In this document: positions 9,601 to 17,854 of the stretch, in pieces | Numbering within the stretch: position 1 is the first letter of the stretch | Layout of the letters: every line of letters begins with the position of its first letter | Virus record (IMG/VR): IMGVR_UViG_3300047669_000810 | Span: 1 to 41,341 of that record | DNA: 41,341 bases | Origin: a virus | Lineage: Duplodnaviria; Caudoviricetes | Strand: one strand, 5' to 3' | The notes under the pieces: model-generated | Told to the model about the DNA's origin: nothing | The model's input: the letters and a program-made list of their open reading frames with translations, nothing else | Databases searched by the model: none | Position numbers and translations under genes: made by a program

Positions 9601-11974
9601 TGAGGAGGCTCAACGTAGATTCCCGAGGCATAGGCCCGGCGGTGGGCTTCAAGCCGATATTTCAGATGGTGCGACTAGGGCTTTAAACAACATTGTGCAA
9701 AAGGCAGATGCTCCTAGAGACGGTGTGCCGGGTAGAACGATAGAACGTTTTAACGATATTCCACAGCGTGATTTCGCAGATGAGGACTATGAGGACGCTG
9801 TCCGTGGTGTTGTGGGCATGATGGACAATGTTAAGAAAAAGATTAGGCGTGTACAGCATGGCCTACGCGGAAGAGGTAACGACGGAAATAAAGGTGTTCC
9901 TGCTGTAGCCGGACACAGGGCGAACGTTGACCGAGCGTTAGTAGATATGGATCGTCGCTGGCAGGCCGCTCCGCGAGGAAGCGAAGAACGCAAAGAGTTG
10001 GGCAAGGTGAGGACCAAACTTCGTAATCTTCAGGGTCGTCTTGATAAAGAACGAGACATACGTCAAGGTGTTGAGGATGCCCGCTTAAGGCATGAAGAGG
10101 AACAGCGGGCAGGCAACGTAGAGAACATAAGAATAATGAGGGAGTGGGACAACAAGGTTGACATGGACGTTTTGCGAGATCGGGTGGACAACGATCTTAA
10201 CGACGAAGCCTTACTTGCAGATCTGGATGTTCTCCTTGAACGTCAGGATCGTGACGCCATGCAACGCGTTAATCTCAATTTGATAAATGATGGAGTCGAA
10301 CGAGCAAGCGTTGACGAAATACAGGCTCGTGCTAACGCAAATCGTAGTGAAATTAAGAGAATGAAAACACAGGTCAGCGCCCGTGCTGCCATAAGAGAGA
10401 ACCGTGAATGGATAAATGGAAAGCAAGCACGAATAGGAGAATTGGCTGACATCATTAACAATAATCCTGATGGAAGTCCTTCGGTGGATCGTGAAATTAT
10501 GGAACTTAACGAGGAGATCGGTAACCTCGCAGATCTTCCACAGGGGTCTTTACGAACCGCTCGTGCAAACTTGAGAGAGAACTTGAAGCAAATGAAGGGT
10601 AAAGTTCAGGAACGTGACAATGTTCGGCGTGTCAAAGAGTTAATAGACGACGATGTTCGCATCGGGGAACTGGGCGACAAACTTAACGCTGGTCAAATAG
10701 TAGAAGTTGGCATTGATGCCGATATTGCTGAGATTGCTGCAATATTGGAAGAGATCGGGAACTTGCCACGGGTCAGGCATAACGACGAACTTAATGAACG
10801 CAGGCGTGTCCACCGTCAGGTTGTCGAAGATCTTCGTGATCGGATGGGGGCTGCTAGACGGGACTTGGTTTTGGGACCGCTGGGTGATCCTGTTCCATGG
10901 GAAGGGGAGGATCTCACTCCGGCAAGAATGGCAAATCCGACTCAGGGTGTTCGACCCCGACCGGCTGGTTTAGGTATCGCAGGACAAAAAGATGCAAACG
11001 GTGTTTTCCGTATAGAAAAAGTGGCAGTCGGAAATCAAGGCATGAACACGCAGATCCAAGCCGATAAATTTGTTCGTGGTGGCGGAAACATTAGTGATGT
11101 TCCTGATGATTTCTTGGCTCTAGCCCTTTTGGAAAATGCTTCCGCTGCTGAAGGTGATCGCTTCTTAATCTTTGAAGAAAATGGTGGGGCTATTGGAACC
11201 ACTTATGTGTTGACTCAGCGTCTTCCGGATGGTTCGTATGGGAAGCACGGGTTCCTGATTAAAGCCCACGAACCGGCTCGTGATATTGAAGGTTTGAATG
11301 AGTTGGTTGGTGCCGAAGTTGCTCACAACTTGGGTCTTCCATTGTTGCCCGGTCGTGCAAATGGAAAGATCAAAACTCGTCATGGGGACATAGGAACGGC
11401 AGTTGTATTGGAGCACGCCTTGAATGCGAGTCCGGGTGGTGACTCAATGATAATTGGCAACCCCGGCACAGACGGTCGGAACTTTGATTTGGGTATGATC
11501 GACCGGGATGCTGGTTTGAATTCAAGGATAGATAATTTTTTGGTTAATTGGGTGTTGGGGGTTAATGATCGACACGGCAACAACGGTCTTATGGGTCATA
11601 ACTCTGATGGTGATGTTGCTCTGATTCCTGTTGATTTAGCATGGAACTTCCAAAAATCTTACAGAGATCCGAGTAAGTACGGTTTCGGTATGGATCACCA
11701 GTTGATTAGAGATCTGAAAGATGCTGCTGCTGCTGATCCTGCCCGAAGGGCTGTGTTGGAACAGCAGATAAGAACGATGCTTGAACGATTCAATACCATG
11801 ATGCACGATCCGAATGAAAAGGAACGCATATTTAAAGGTGGGGCGTTCCGAGATAGATTTAGTAGGGGGGATGTTGATGCCCAATGGACCAAACTTAACA
11901 GACATCTTGACGAACTAACTAGTGCCGACGGTACGGTAGATATTGATTACGTTATTGGAAGGATGCTTGGTTGA
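6629..11974 (+). CDS. giant multidomain head-associated protein B (1781 aa): N-terminal DGDNDG module, acidic/coiled-coil middle, C-terminal HipA/PI3K-PI4K-like kinase domain
   Basis: Kinase motifs in order: Gly-rich GGAIGTTY, FLIK, NELVGAEVAHNLGLP, catalytic NDRHGNN, metal-binding IPVDLAWNF. Confidence 0.8.
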   Translation: MNRNHSLFNEKSFKARVFELSLYPVEFKARGLGAIRRTPKPAPYNPDARDGDNDGLRQEGTIWERPAGTVFLDIIKGARRLTRDMHIVDSGGKRVDYKPGDDPRSPLRGGGGERRIRGRGERRLARGNRQRARAGRQRARAEEQRPEIEALDEQIGKLEAAIGGDSKERLLAAEGDSDARVKISSFMEGFIEGFTGVKQNWRQNREDRTEKERGVLEGAIRMEGERRQMGDAAGNDALIEREMEFDDQILPEGIDRDEHRRLLDEDPEYRRDWNDRLAGMQLGMEDDGDVFIPLDDDGKPDPGLQEFPDADVPDPDVPEADAPEADDPEVDVPEDDGPNARLDRRLHDQAFAIEDTILDEATNENELLEVEFAIDELDREATDAFNAGAIDQEDLDALAVRMAPVRENIAEVRRDRKERDAEIDADVDAGEDRGRAVDPPDVPDVPDDAPEDVDVPGEDIDVPEVGRPEEGWHVYADLSDEQLAERLDEPDPPDLDFLLREERRRQDRELQDPQMELELAIAKENDWPNRAAELEEGLRLRREFDEHLAAGGQDIPPDPPEALSPEEAGRRAVADVQMPTDGDIPAPIDLSGADDEELGRIVRGEEVEVLPLAPRAERAARQREARLEIDRRRDNAAAPEDAGRMAPEEVDEELRAILIQRPADLVGPLDDDPRMRELFQERDRRIAADGGNSAEARLINSDRERIRNLDDDELVEEIEYNRANNNQDELLNGLAERDQRRAAGDVEGDPVDLDSSDTDRTERSFQPAPIEIATEFREDFQAVDGMPIGDEAGERRRLLDQLLNRIIEDRRDNPLNMRRDDPDAKRLSDNALRAVVEMMNDERSVAHIRQLRDGDGRLVRDLDSRVINAQQLRMAAVRGQLTPEMLDETIEALRRWEGIDAPAGNRGRLTRRLRIHRRELIEIRNWREPDNPDLLNMPNMDDVEFKELVEGRLRAQDTLRRAMMGHDADAGELPGQLEELRRINAEMPLLYEEAQRRFPRHRPGGGLQADISDGATRALNNIVQKADAPRDGVPGRTIERFNDIPQRDFADEDYEDAVRGVVGMMDNVKKKIRRVQHGLRGRGNDGNKGVPAVAGHRANVDRALVDMDRRWQAAPRGSEERKELGKVRTKLRNLQGRLDKERDIRQGVEDARLRHEEEQRAGNVENIRIMREWDNKVDMDVLRDRVDNDLNDEALLADLDVLLERQDRDAMQRVNLNLINDGVERASVDEIQARANANRSEIKRMKTQVSARAAIRENREWINGKQARIGELADIINNNPDGSPSVDREIMELNEEIGNLADLPQGSLRTARANLRENLKQMKGKVQERDNVRRVKELIDDDVRIGELGDKLNAGQIVEVGIDADIAEIAAILEEIGNLPRVRHNDELNERRRVHRQVVEDLRDRMGAARRDLVLGPLGDPVPWEGEDLTPARMANPTQGVRPRPAGLGIAGQKDANGVFRIEKVAVGNQGMNTQIQADKFVRGGGNISDVPDDFLALALLENASAAEGDRFLIFEENGGAIGTTYVLTQRLPDGSYGKHGFLIKAHEPARDIEGLNELVGAEVAHNLGLPLLPGRANGKIKTRHGDIGTAVVLEHALNASPGGDSMIIGNPGTDGRNFDLGMIDRDAGLNSRIDNFLVNWVLGVNDRHGNNGLMGHNSDGDVALIPVDLAWNFQKSYRDPSKYGFGMDHQLIRDLKDAAAADPARRAVLEQQIRTMLERFNTMMHDPNEKERIFKGGAFRDRFSRGDVDAQWTKLNRHLDELTSADGTVDIDYVIGRMLG
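6752..6952 (+). repeat. DGDNDG module, copy 2 (67 aa)
   Basis: First 30 aa identical to copy 1 despite many third-position DNA differences. Confidence 0.9.
7545..8025 (+). repeat. acidic Pro/Asp/Val low-complexity repeats (DVPDP/DVPEA/DAPEA; PDVPDVPDD) in giant B
   Basis: Two blocks, ~7545-7640 and ~7940-8025, with recurring gatgttcc. Confidence 0.7.
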
Positions 11975-12273
11975 TCATGGATTATCTAAATCACATAGTC
12001 GTATCGAATAATACATACTTTATTTTGGAGGATGGTGAATTCACGGTTCGTTCTGAAAGTCCTGAGATTTTGGAGGAATGGGAAGACTATTTCAATAGAG
12101 ACCCCGTATGGAGGGAACATCTTGAAACTGTGACTCCTTTTGAAAGTTTGATACGGAATTCATACAACAAGCGAATAGCGATTGAAGAGGATGACGCCGG
12201 AAAGTTTCAAGATCTGATAGATGAATCATCCGAATTTGCGAGTATGACTGTTGAGGAGTCGGCAGATGGCTAA
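11971..12273 (+). CDS. small acidic protein (100 aa) directly after the kinase gene; candidate immunity/antitoxin
   Basis: TTGA start/stop overlap with giant B (alternative ATG at 11977); strongly acidic. Function inferred from position. Confidence 0.65.
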   Translation: MIMDYLNHIVVSNNTYFILEDGEFTVRSESPEILEEWEDYFNRDPVWREHLETVTPFESLIRNSYNKRIAIEEDDAGKFQDLIDESSEFASMTVEESADG

Positions 12274-13024
12274 AGATCCCGTCGCTGAGACCGTTCTTCC
12301 CAGTAGGCGGCAAGCCTTAAAGGTGGGGAAGATGCTGGGTTGTACCGGTGCCCATAAAAAGGGCGACGGTTGGGGTCTGTGCGAATCTGAAGAAGCATTG
12401 ATGATTCTCATTAAAAAGGGAAGCGCGGCTTATCGGGAACACCGGGATGGCAAGAAGGAAAAGTCTGCCTGTTGCGAGGGTTGTGCTGAAACAAAAGTAA
12501 ATCCAGCAGATAAGAAACTAATGTTTAGAACCCGACTCGAAGCAGAGTCTGCTGCAACTGGAATCGGTTGCTCAGGGGCACATCAGCACGGGATCGGGAA
12601 ATGGATGCCTTGTGAAACGATGGAAGAGTTCAGCGCCGTTAGAAGTTCTCCGAATAAGAGGCGCTTGGTCATAGATACTCCCACGATGAGACGGCAACGC
12701 CGGATTGTTGAATTGCCGAAAGCGACTCAAAGAGATTGGCAACCTTTGATTAATAGGGGTATCAGGGGTATAGAGACTTTGCCGGGTGGCGGTTTGGTAG
12801 CAGGCAAGCGTTATTACACGGATGATAGACGCGAAGAATATTCTAAACAAGGTATGGCTATGCCGGATGGGTCGTATCCCATTCGCGATGTTGGAGATCT
12901 CAAAAATGCTATACAAGCCTGCGGCAGGGCTAAGAACATACTTGCTGCGAAGAGGCATATTAAGAAACGTGCTAGAGCATTAGGTAGGACTGATCTGCTT
13001 CCAAGCAATTGGAAAGATTCCTAG
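12266..13024 (+). CDS. head-region protein with two GCxGAH...WxxC repeats (DUF3721-like) and a C-terminal AMPDGSYPI module
   Basis: GAGGAG RBS before ATG 12266. LGCTGAHKKGDGWGLC and IGCSGAHQHGIGKWMPC; the WMPC signature is that of DUF3721. Confidence 0.7.
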   Translation: MAKDPVAETVLPSRRQALKVGKMLGCTGAHKKGDGWGLCESEEALMILIKKGSAAYREHRDGKKEKSACCEGCAETKVNPADKKLMFRTRLEAESAATGIGCSGAHQHGIGKWMPCETMEEFSAVRSSPNKRRLVIDTPTMRRQRRIVELPKATQRDWQPLINRGIRGIETLPGGGLVAGKRYYTDDRREEYSKQGMAMPDGSYPIRDVGDLKNAIQACGRAKNILAAKRHIKKRARALGRTDLLPSNWKDS

Positions 13025-13162
13025 ACCACTACCTATAGCAGTTGCGGCGAGATCGCCTATTTGTGATTTAAACTTCTAATGTTCATTTCGGTAGATGGTG
13101 CTTACCTTATACCGACTGAAAATAAAACATTATTAGTCGGACACACAATAGGAGTAAGAACT

Positions 13163-14473
13163 ATGGCATTTGACGACAGTAGGCTGAAAGAACTTCAAGG
13201 CGCATTGCGCTCGAAGATGACAGCCAATAACGAGATTGCAGATTCGTTTAAAACCGAAGATGGCGCAATCATCATTGATCAGGAGCGTAAGGTTGCTTTT
13301 GATCAGAACATGGGTGAGATCAAAGAAATTAAATCACTCATTGACAGCATGGAAGACATGCAAAAAGTTGCCGATTGGGGCAGCGAGGCTCCGGCAGAGT
13401 CGCTGGCAAAGGTTTCAGCCGCTGATGGCGCGATGGCTTCGGTCACCGTTCCCACTGGCGTAAAGAGCCTTGGTCAAGCATTTGTCGATTCGGATGAGTT
13501 CCAAGCGATGATGACGCGTGGCGCAGGCACCATGGATAGTCCTTATGGGACTAAAACACTTTATGGTGACGACTACCAGCGCAAAGATGTTTACACGTCT
13601 TTGCCGGGTGGCACGCCTTCAGCGTTTGGTTCGATCACTCGTGATCCAATCGTCCCTCAGGCACAGCGTCGTACCCGAGTAAGGGATCTTTTCCCGAGCC
13701 GGACGACCAACAGCGCCGTTATTGAGTACTTCCGCATGAGCGGTTTTACGAACAACGCAAGCACCGTTCCGGAGCGTGTCTCGTCGGCCTTTGGCTCTAA
13801 GCCTCAGACCACGATGGCATTCACTGGCGTGCAGGCACCAGTTCGTACCATCGCTCACTGGGAAGCCGCTCACCGTAACGTTCTTTCCGATGAGCCGCAA
13901 TTGCGGTCGATCATCGACAACGAACTTCTTTACGGCCTTCGCCTTCATGAGGATCATCAGATCCTCTCAGGTGCTGGGACAAGCGAAGACCTTACCGGTA
14001 TTCTGAACACCTCTGGTATTCAGACTTACTCATGGTCTGCTGGTGCAACCTTGCCCGTCAAGGATACCAAGGCTGATGCTATTAGGCGTGCAGCGACTCT
14101 GTCGTTCCTCGCTTACTACGAGCCGTCGGGCGTTATTCTTAACCCGAACGACTGGGAAGACATCGAACTGACCAAGGATTCTAACGGTCAGTACCTGATG
14201 GCAGTTTCCATCGTTGCTGGTGCAGAGTCTCGCATCTGGCGGATTCCCGTCGTGGACACCCCCGCAATCGCTTCGGGCACCGCCCTTATCGGTTCGTTCG
14301 GTCAGGGTGCCCAGTTGTACGACCGGGAAGAAGCCACTATCCGTGTCAGCGAACAGCACAGCGACTTCTTCGTTCGGAATGCAATCGTCATTCTGGCCGA
14401 GCAGCGTCTCGCCCTTGCGGTGAAGCGCCCAGAGTCGTTCGTCAAAGTCACCTTCGACGCCGCTCCTTCCTAA
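13163..14473 (+). CDS. major capsid protein, HK97 fold, with N-terminal delta (scaffold) domain
   Basis: AGGAG RBS before ATG 13163; coiled-coil N-terminus; KSLGQAFVDS; TIAHW...LSDEPQLRSIIDNELLYGL; ILNPNDW; DFFVRNAIVILAEQRLALAVKRPESFVK. Confidence 0.95.
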   Translation: MAFDDSRLKELQGALRSKMTANNEIADSFKTEDGAIIIDQERKVAFDQNMGEIKEIKSLIDSMEDMQKVADWGSEAPAESLAKVSAADGAMASVTVPTGVKSLGQAFVDSDEFQAMMTRGAGTMDSPYGTKTLYGDDYQRKDVYTSLPGGTPSAFGSITRDPIVPQAQRRTRVRDLFPSRTTNSAVIEYFRMSGFTNNASTVPERVSSAFGSKPQTTMAFTGVQAPVRTIAHWEAAHRNVLSDEPQLRSIIDNELLYGLRLHEDHQILSGAGTSEDLTGILNTSGIQTYSWSAGATLPVKDTKADAIRRAATLSFLAYYEPSGVILNPNDWEDIELTKDSNGQYLMAVSIVAGAESRIWRIPVVDTPAIASGTALIGSFGQGAQLYDREEATIRVSEQHSDFFVRNAIVILAEQRLALAVKRPESFVKVTFDAAPS

Positions 14474-14520
14474 TCTATAAAGGAGTGAGTCCTAGCGACT
14501 GACTGAAACACAAGACATAG

Positions 14521-14555
14521 AGAAGCCCCCCGGAGCAATCTGGGGGGTTTTCTCG
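14521..14555 (+). terminator. intrinsic terminator after the major capsid gene
   Basis: gaagccccccgga-GCAA-tctggggggttttc hairpin with GNRA loop followed by a T-rich run. Confidence 0.8.
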
Positions 14556-14575
14556 TTGTCGGAAGAAGTACCGAC

Positions 14576-14605
14576 TTGACAGACTTGTATGACTTGTGTT
14601 ACAAT
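14576..14605 (+). promoter_or_regulatory. sigma70-type promoter
   Basis: TTGACA-18 nt-TACAAT with TGn extension, just downstream of the terminator. Confidence 0.7.
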
Positions 14606-14644
14606 AGGGATTCAGATGACCATGGAGAGAAGGGAAAATCTTCC

Positions 14645-15010
14645 ATGAAAGAAGTTTCTGCTAAGACGCTCCGCTCCAATCTGAAATATCGTGAGCGGAT
14701 GTTGGCGGAGAAGATAGAAGAGGGCTGGCAGTATTTTGATGAGTTCCACGGAGCAGGGCTGCCTTTAGTGAAAGGCCGTCGGTTCCGGGTGAAGGCCCAT
14801 AAGCCGGGATGGTACAAGTTCGAACAGCATGTCATCAACCCCAAGGGTGCTGAATGGATCGATTGTTATGGGCCGTTCACGAAAAAAGGAGCACCAAAGC
14901 GTGGGCCGGGGTTCCATGCGTTTAACCCCAAGGAGATTCTTCAGGTGGAGCGTAAGGTGAAAGATCCCGTTGAGGATCGTAAAGCCCGCAAAAAGGCTGA
15001 GTTGGATTAG
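14645..15010 (+). CDS. hypothetical basic protein (121 aa)
   Basis: ATG 14645 lies downstream of the promoter and a purine-rich RBS-like stretch; the track's TTG start at 14576 coincides with the -35 box. Confidence 0.65.
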   Translation: MKEVSAKTLRSNLKYRERMLAEKIEEGWQYFDEFHGAGLPLVKGRRFRVKAHKPGWYKFEQHVINPKGAEWIDCYGPFTKKGAPKRGPGFHAFNPKEILQVERKVKDPVEDRKARKKAELD

Positions 15011-15243
15011 GGGTTGTTCTCTAAATAGGAATTCCACATAGCCCGATGAACTAAGCATTCCTTGCAGGAACTGATTGGTTCAGGAGGAAGAGCGTCGATC
15101 ATGTAGGGATTGGGTTCGTAAACCTCGCCAACGTAATAACAATGTCCACAGATTCCGTCTACTTCATTCCAGACGCCGCTGTCTATGGCGATGTCTAAAG
15201 CGTCTACCACTTGGTCAAGCGTCATGGACGCAGGAATAGCCAT
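15007..15243 (-). CDS. hypothetical protein with two CxxC pairs (possible Zn finger)
   Basis: CGHC...CKEC; immediately downstream of the RNR gene on the same strand. Confidence 0.6.
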   Translation of the reverse strand: MAIPASMTLDQVVDALDIAIDSGVWNEVDGICGHCYYVGEVYEPNPYMIDALPPEPISSCKECLVHRAMWNSYLENNP

Positions 15244-15252
15244 ATGTGAATG

Positions 15253-17154
15253 TTATCTGATGGGACATGCTCCGGTAGCACAATCGTCATCTAGTAATTC
15301 GCTTGTACCGCTGCCGATCAAAATCTTTTCATTACTAACTTTTCCAAGCAGTTCGTTGTATCTGTCTAGAGTTATTTCCTCTAGGGGTGCCTGAGCGAAT
15401 CCGTGTTCACTGTGCAACAGGAAGGAAACGGATTTCATCGTGGACCAGTTCTTTTCAAGAAACTTTTGAACGCTTTCTAATTCTCCGGGCCTAATGTAAA
15501 CGGTTACGGAAACAGCGTTGTCTGCCCATTCTTCTTGAACACGACATTGAAGTTCCAATTGTTCGATTGCTGTCATGTCGGAAGCAACGATCGTTTCTTC
15601 GGGAAATTTGCAAGGAAATTCAACAACCTTGGTTCGGCTGTCGTTGTCAACCCATTCAACGTGGTAGCCGAGTTGTTCGCAGTAGTCCAGTAGAGGGTCT
15701 CCGGATGCCATACGCACTCTGCGGATGTGGTGTTCACTGTAACCCGGATGAATACCCGGAGTTACTCCAGCGAGAAGGCTGAGAGTTCCACTTGGTTTCA
15801 CGGTTGTTAAACGAACAGATTCTGGCCACTCTTTATATGAGGACCATTGCATGTCGAAATCACGAAGGGCTTCATAGGCAGGGGAAAGCCAATCTAATTT
15901 GTCAAGTGCTTGAGCGACGCCTGTGACCCCAAGACCAAGACGCATGTTCTTGCTAGTGATTTCGTCGGATTCACGGTCCAGATAGGGAAGCGATGCTACT
16001 GCCTTTTGCACTTTATAAAGTAGTTTTGAAATGTCGATTAGTTCTTCTTGGCTTTCGATGTTTGCCAGAATGATTTCTGCGAGATTGCAGGATTCACGGT
16101 TGGCTAGTCCAATTTCAGCGCAAGGGTTTGTTCCTTCAATTGTTTTATCTTCACGAATTTCGTTTCGACGCCCATACTTTCTGGAGGCATCAAGATTGAA
16201 CAGTCCGTATGGTTCTCCGTTGCCCCGGTACCCTTCCCAAAATACATCTGGGATACCGGCGATGTTGGAGGTGACAATACTGTTGTTGGACATGGCCCGG
16301 TGGTGGGGAACGTTTCCCAGATCCCATCGTTTTGCGTGGAGAAAGTCAATGTCGAAGGGGCTTCCTAGAGCGATTTCTGCACTGCGACGCACGTTGCCTG
16401 CTACGACAACTGATCCGATGATGTTGCAGATGTCTAAGACTTCTACGGAGGTTAGGTTTCGACCAATAGCGCCATTCAAAAGGCTACAGATTTTTGTGAT
16501 TCCTTCTATCAGAATCCCCGGACCTGAGGCTGTTCCACCGAAAGTTCGGATTGGAGCGCCTGCTGGACGAATGAGTTGAGTGGAGTAGGAGAATTCTGTC
16601 GGATCATCTACGGAGCCGAGGTAGGTTTTGACTGCGCGGAGAAGGCATTCTGACCAGCCTTCTCTTTTGTCAGGAACGATGTAGTCGGCATCAGAAACGT
16701 CGTGGTTGTCCACGGCTCCTTGGCGGACTATACCTAAACGGATTGGGTTAAGAACCGAGAATCCGACTCCGCCACCAAGCATTAAACGTTCAAACATCCA
16801 TGAGAAATCTTCTGGCTTTTGGATATCAACGAACCAGCAGTTACAAAGACTGTCGCCGCCTAAACGAAAGTTGTTTGGTGTGCCCAATTGCCAGAGCATT
16901 CGTCCACCGGGCATACCTTTAAGGTTGAACATATAATCGAAAAGGCGTTCTGATTCGTCTTCGCTGAGTTCAGCGCCTATGTCGTTAGCGCCATCTATGA
17001 CACGCTTGCAGGTGTCTACCCATTCTTCTGTTTGTCCAGTGTCCTCATTCATTATTCGTGCATAAGTACGTTTATAAACGATATATCCAAGCCCGTTGAA
17101 TCCCCAAGGGGCTGTTTTGTGAGAATAAGATTCTAAGAATTGAGTACTGAGCAT
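15253..17154 (-). CDS. nrdJ: class II adenosylcobalamin-dependent ribonucleotide reductase (monomeric RTPR type)
   Basis: YKRTYAR, PGGRMLW, SLCNC, GGGVGF, GNVRRSAEI, TNPCAEI (thiyl Cys), TTVKPSGTLS, C-terminal CATGACPIR. Start taken at the ATG with GAGGA RBS; alternative start 17196. Confidence 0.93.
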   Translation of the reverse strand: MLSTQFLESYSHKTAPWGFNGLGYIVYKRTYARIMNEDTGQTEEWVDTCKRVIDGANDIGAELSEDESERLFDYMFNLKGMPGGRMLWQLGTPNNFRLGGDSLCNCWFVDIQKPEDFSWMFERLMLGGGVGFSVLNPIRLGIVRQGAVDNHDVSDADYIVPDKREGWSECLLRAVKTYLGSVDDPTEFSYSTQLIRPAGAPIRTFGGTASGPGILIEGITKICSLLNGAIGRNLTSVEVLDICNIIGSVVVAGNVRRSAEIALGSPFDIDFLHAKRWDLGNVPHHRAMSNNSIVTSNIAGIPDVFWEGYRGNGEPYGLFNLDASRKYGRRNEIREDKTIEGTNPCAEIGLANRESCNLAEIILANIESQEELIDISKLLYKVQKAVASLPYLDRESDEITSKNMRLGLGVTGVAQALDKLDWLSPAYEALRDFDMQWSSYKEWPESVRLTTVKPSGTLSLLAGVTPGIHPGYSEHHIRRVRMASGDPLLDYCEQLGYHVEWVDNDSRTKVVEFPCKFPEETIVASDMTAIEQLELQCRVQEEWADNAVSVTVYIRPGELESVQKFLEKNWSTMKSVSFLLHSEHGFAQAPLEEITLDRYNELLGKVSNEKILIGSGTSELLDDDCATGACPIR

Positions 17155-17227
17155 TGCTTCCTCTAATTTGTCTGCCGCTAGGCGAATGGGACTCATAGTA
17201 TGACACTAGTCATGAATACTAAAAGGG

Positions 17228-17503
17228 TTAAATCAGACCTAATTCCTTAGCCCTTGACCTGCTAATATACGTCCCTGCTGCTACTACTAGCACCTTGGCC
17301 AAATGGTTACGGGTGATCCATTTTCTTTCTATTACATCTTCCTCAACGAGAACACTATTTTCGTCGTGTTCTTTTTTGAAAACTATGGTGTGATCATCTT
17401 GGCTGCAATCTCCTGTGGGGTGACCGCAAACGATGCACGGACCATAGTCGGGCGCGAGAAATGACACTCCGGGGATTGTTACTTCGTCGCTCCGCCCAAC
17501 CAT
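17228..17503 (-). CDS. hypothetical protein with CIVCGHPTGDC motif
   Basis: ATG 17503 lies 6 nt after a TATTGT -10-like box (leaderless layout). Confidence 0.6.
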   Translation of the reverse strand: MVGRSDEVTIPGVSFLAPDYGPCIVCGHPTGDCSQDDHTIVFKKEHDENSVLVEEDVIERKWITRNHLAKVLVVAAGTYISRSRAKELGLI

Positions 17504-17544
17504 GTTTAGACAATACACCAAATTGGTGGGATGTGGGGGAACGC

Positions 17545-17571
17545 GAAGAAGGAGGGCCGAAGCCCTCCTTC
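17545..17571 (-). terminator. hairpin with cUUCGg tetraloop; probable terminator for 17591..17854
   Basis: Minus strand gaaggagggc-TTCG-gccctccttc, a perfect 10-bp stem; weak U tract. Confidence 0.65.
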
Positions 17572-17590
17572 AACGTTTTGAATCTGTTGA

Positions 17591-17854
17591 TTAGGTGATG
17601 TCTGAATCTACAGTTTCTGCATATCGCTTGTCGTTGCCGAGTGCGCCATAGGCGTGCTTAAGCAACTTCTGGTACTGTTCTGGATAAAGCAGTTCCAAAG
17701 CCTTGTGGGCCTTGTAGGAGGCAGTCATCTTGCGACGCTGCCGAACCTTACGAGCCTCTGCGACTCGTGCTGCTTTTGCCTGCTCTTCTTCGGTCGGCTG
17801 AGAAGAAGAAAGGAGTTGATCCAACACTTCCTGCTCTGCTTGGGTGATATCCAC
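17591..17854 (-). CDS. hypothetical helical protein (87 aa)
   Basis: GTG start with GAGGAGG RBS. Confidence 0.65.
   Translation of the reverse strand: MDITQAEQEVLDQLLSSSQPTEEEQAKAARVAEARKVRQRRKMTASYKAHKALELLYPEQYQKLLKHAYGALGNDKRYAETVDSDIT

Noticed and set aside
935-11974. Giant proteins as tape measure, MuF or virion RNA polymerase
   Set aside because: A separate tape measure gene exists, and I found no MuF (HxNCRC) or RNA polymerase catalytic motifs by eye; a profile search is still advisable
13079-13162. Upstream ATG extending the major capsid protein to 464 aa
   Set aside because: No RBS at 13079, whereas ATG 13163 has AGGAG at normal spacing
14576-14644. TTG start for the 144-aa ORF
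   Set aside because: Coincides with the TTGACA -35 box; ATG 14645 is more plausible
16031-16579. 182-aa plus-strand ORF and other short ORFs overlapping long genes
   Set aside because: Antisense or out-of-frame shadows of well-supported genes such as nrdJ
15253-17196. Intein or intron in the RNR gene
   Set aside because: Length fits a compact monomeric class II enzyme with contiguous motifs; no splicing or homing endonuclease motifs
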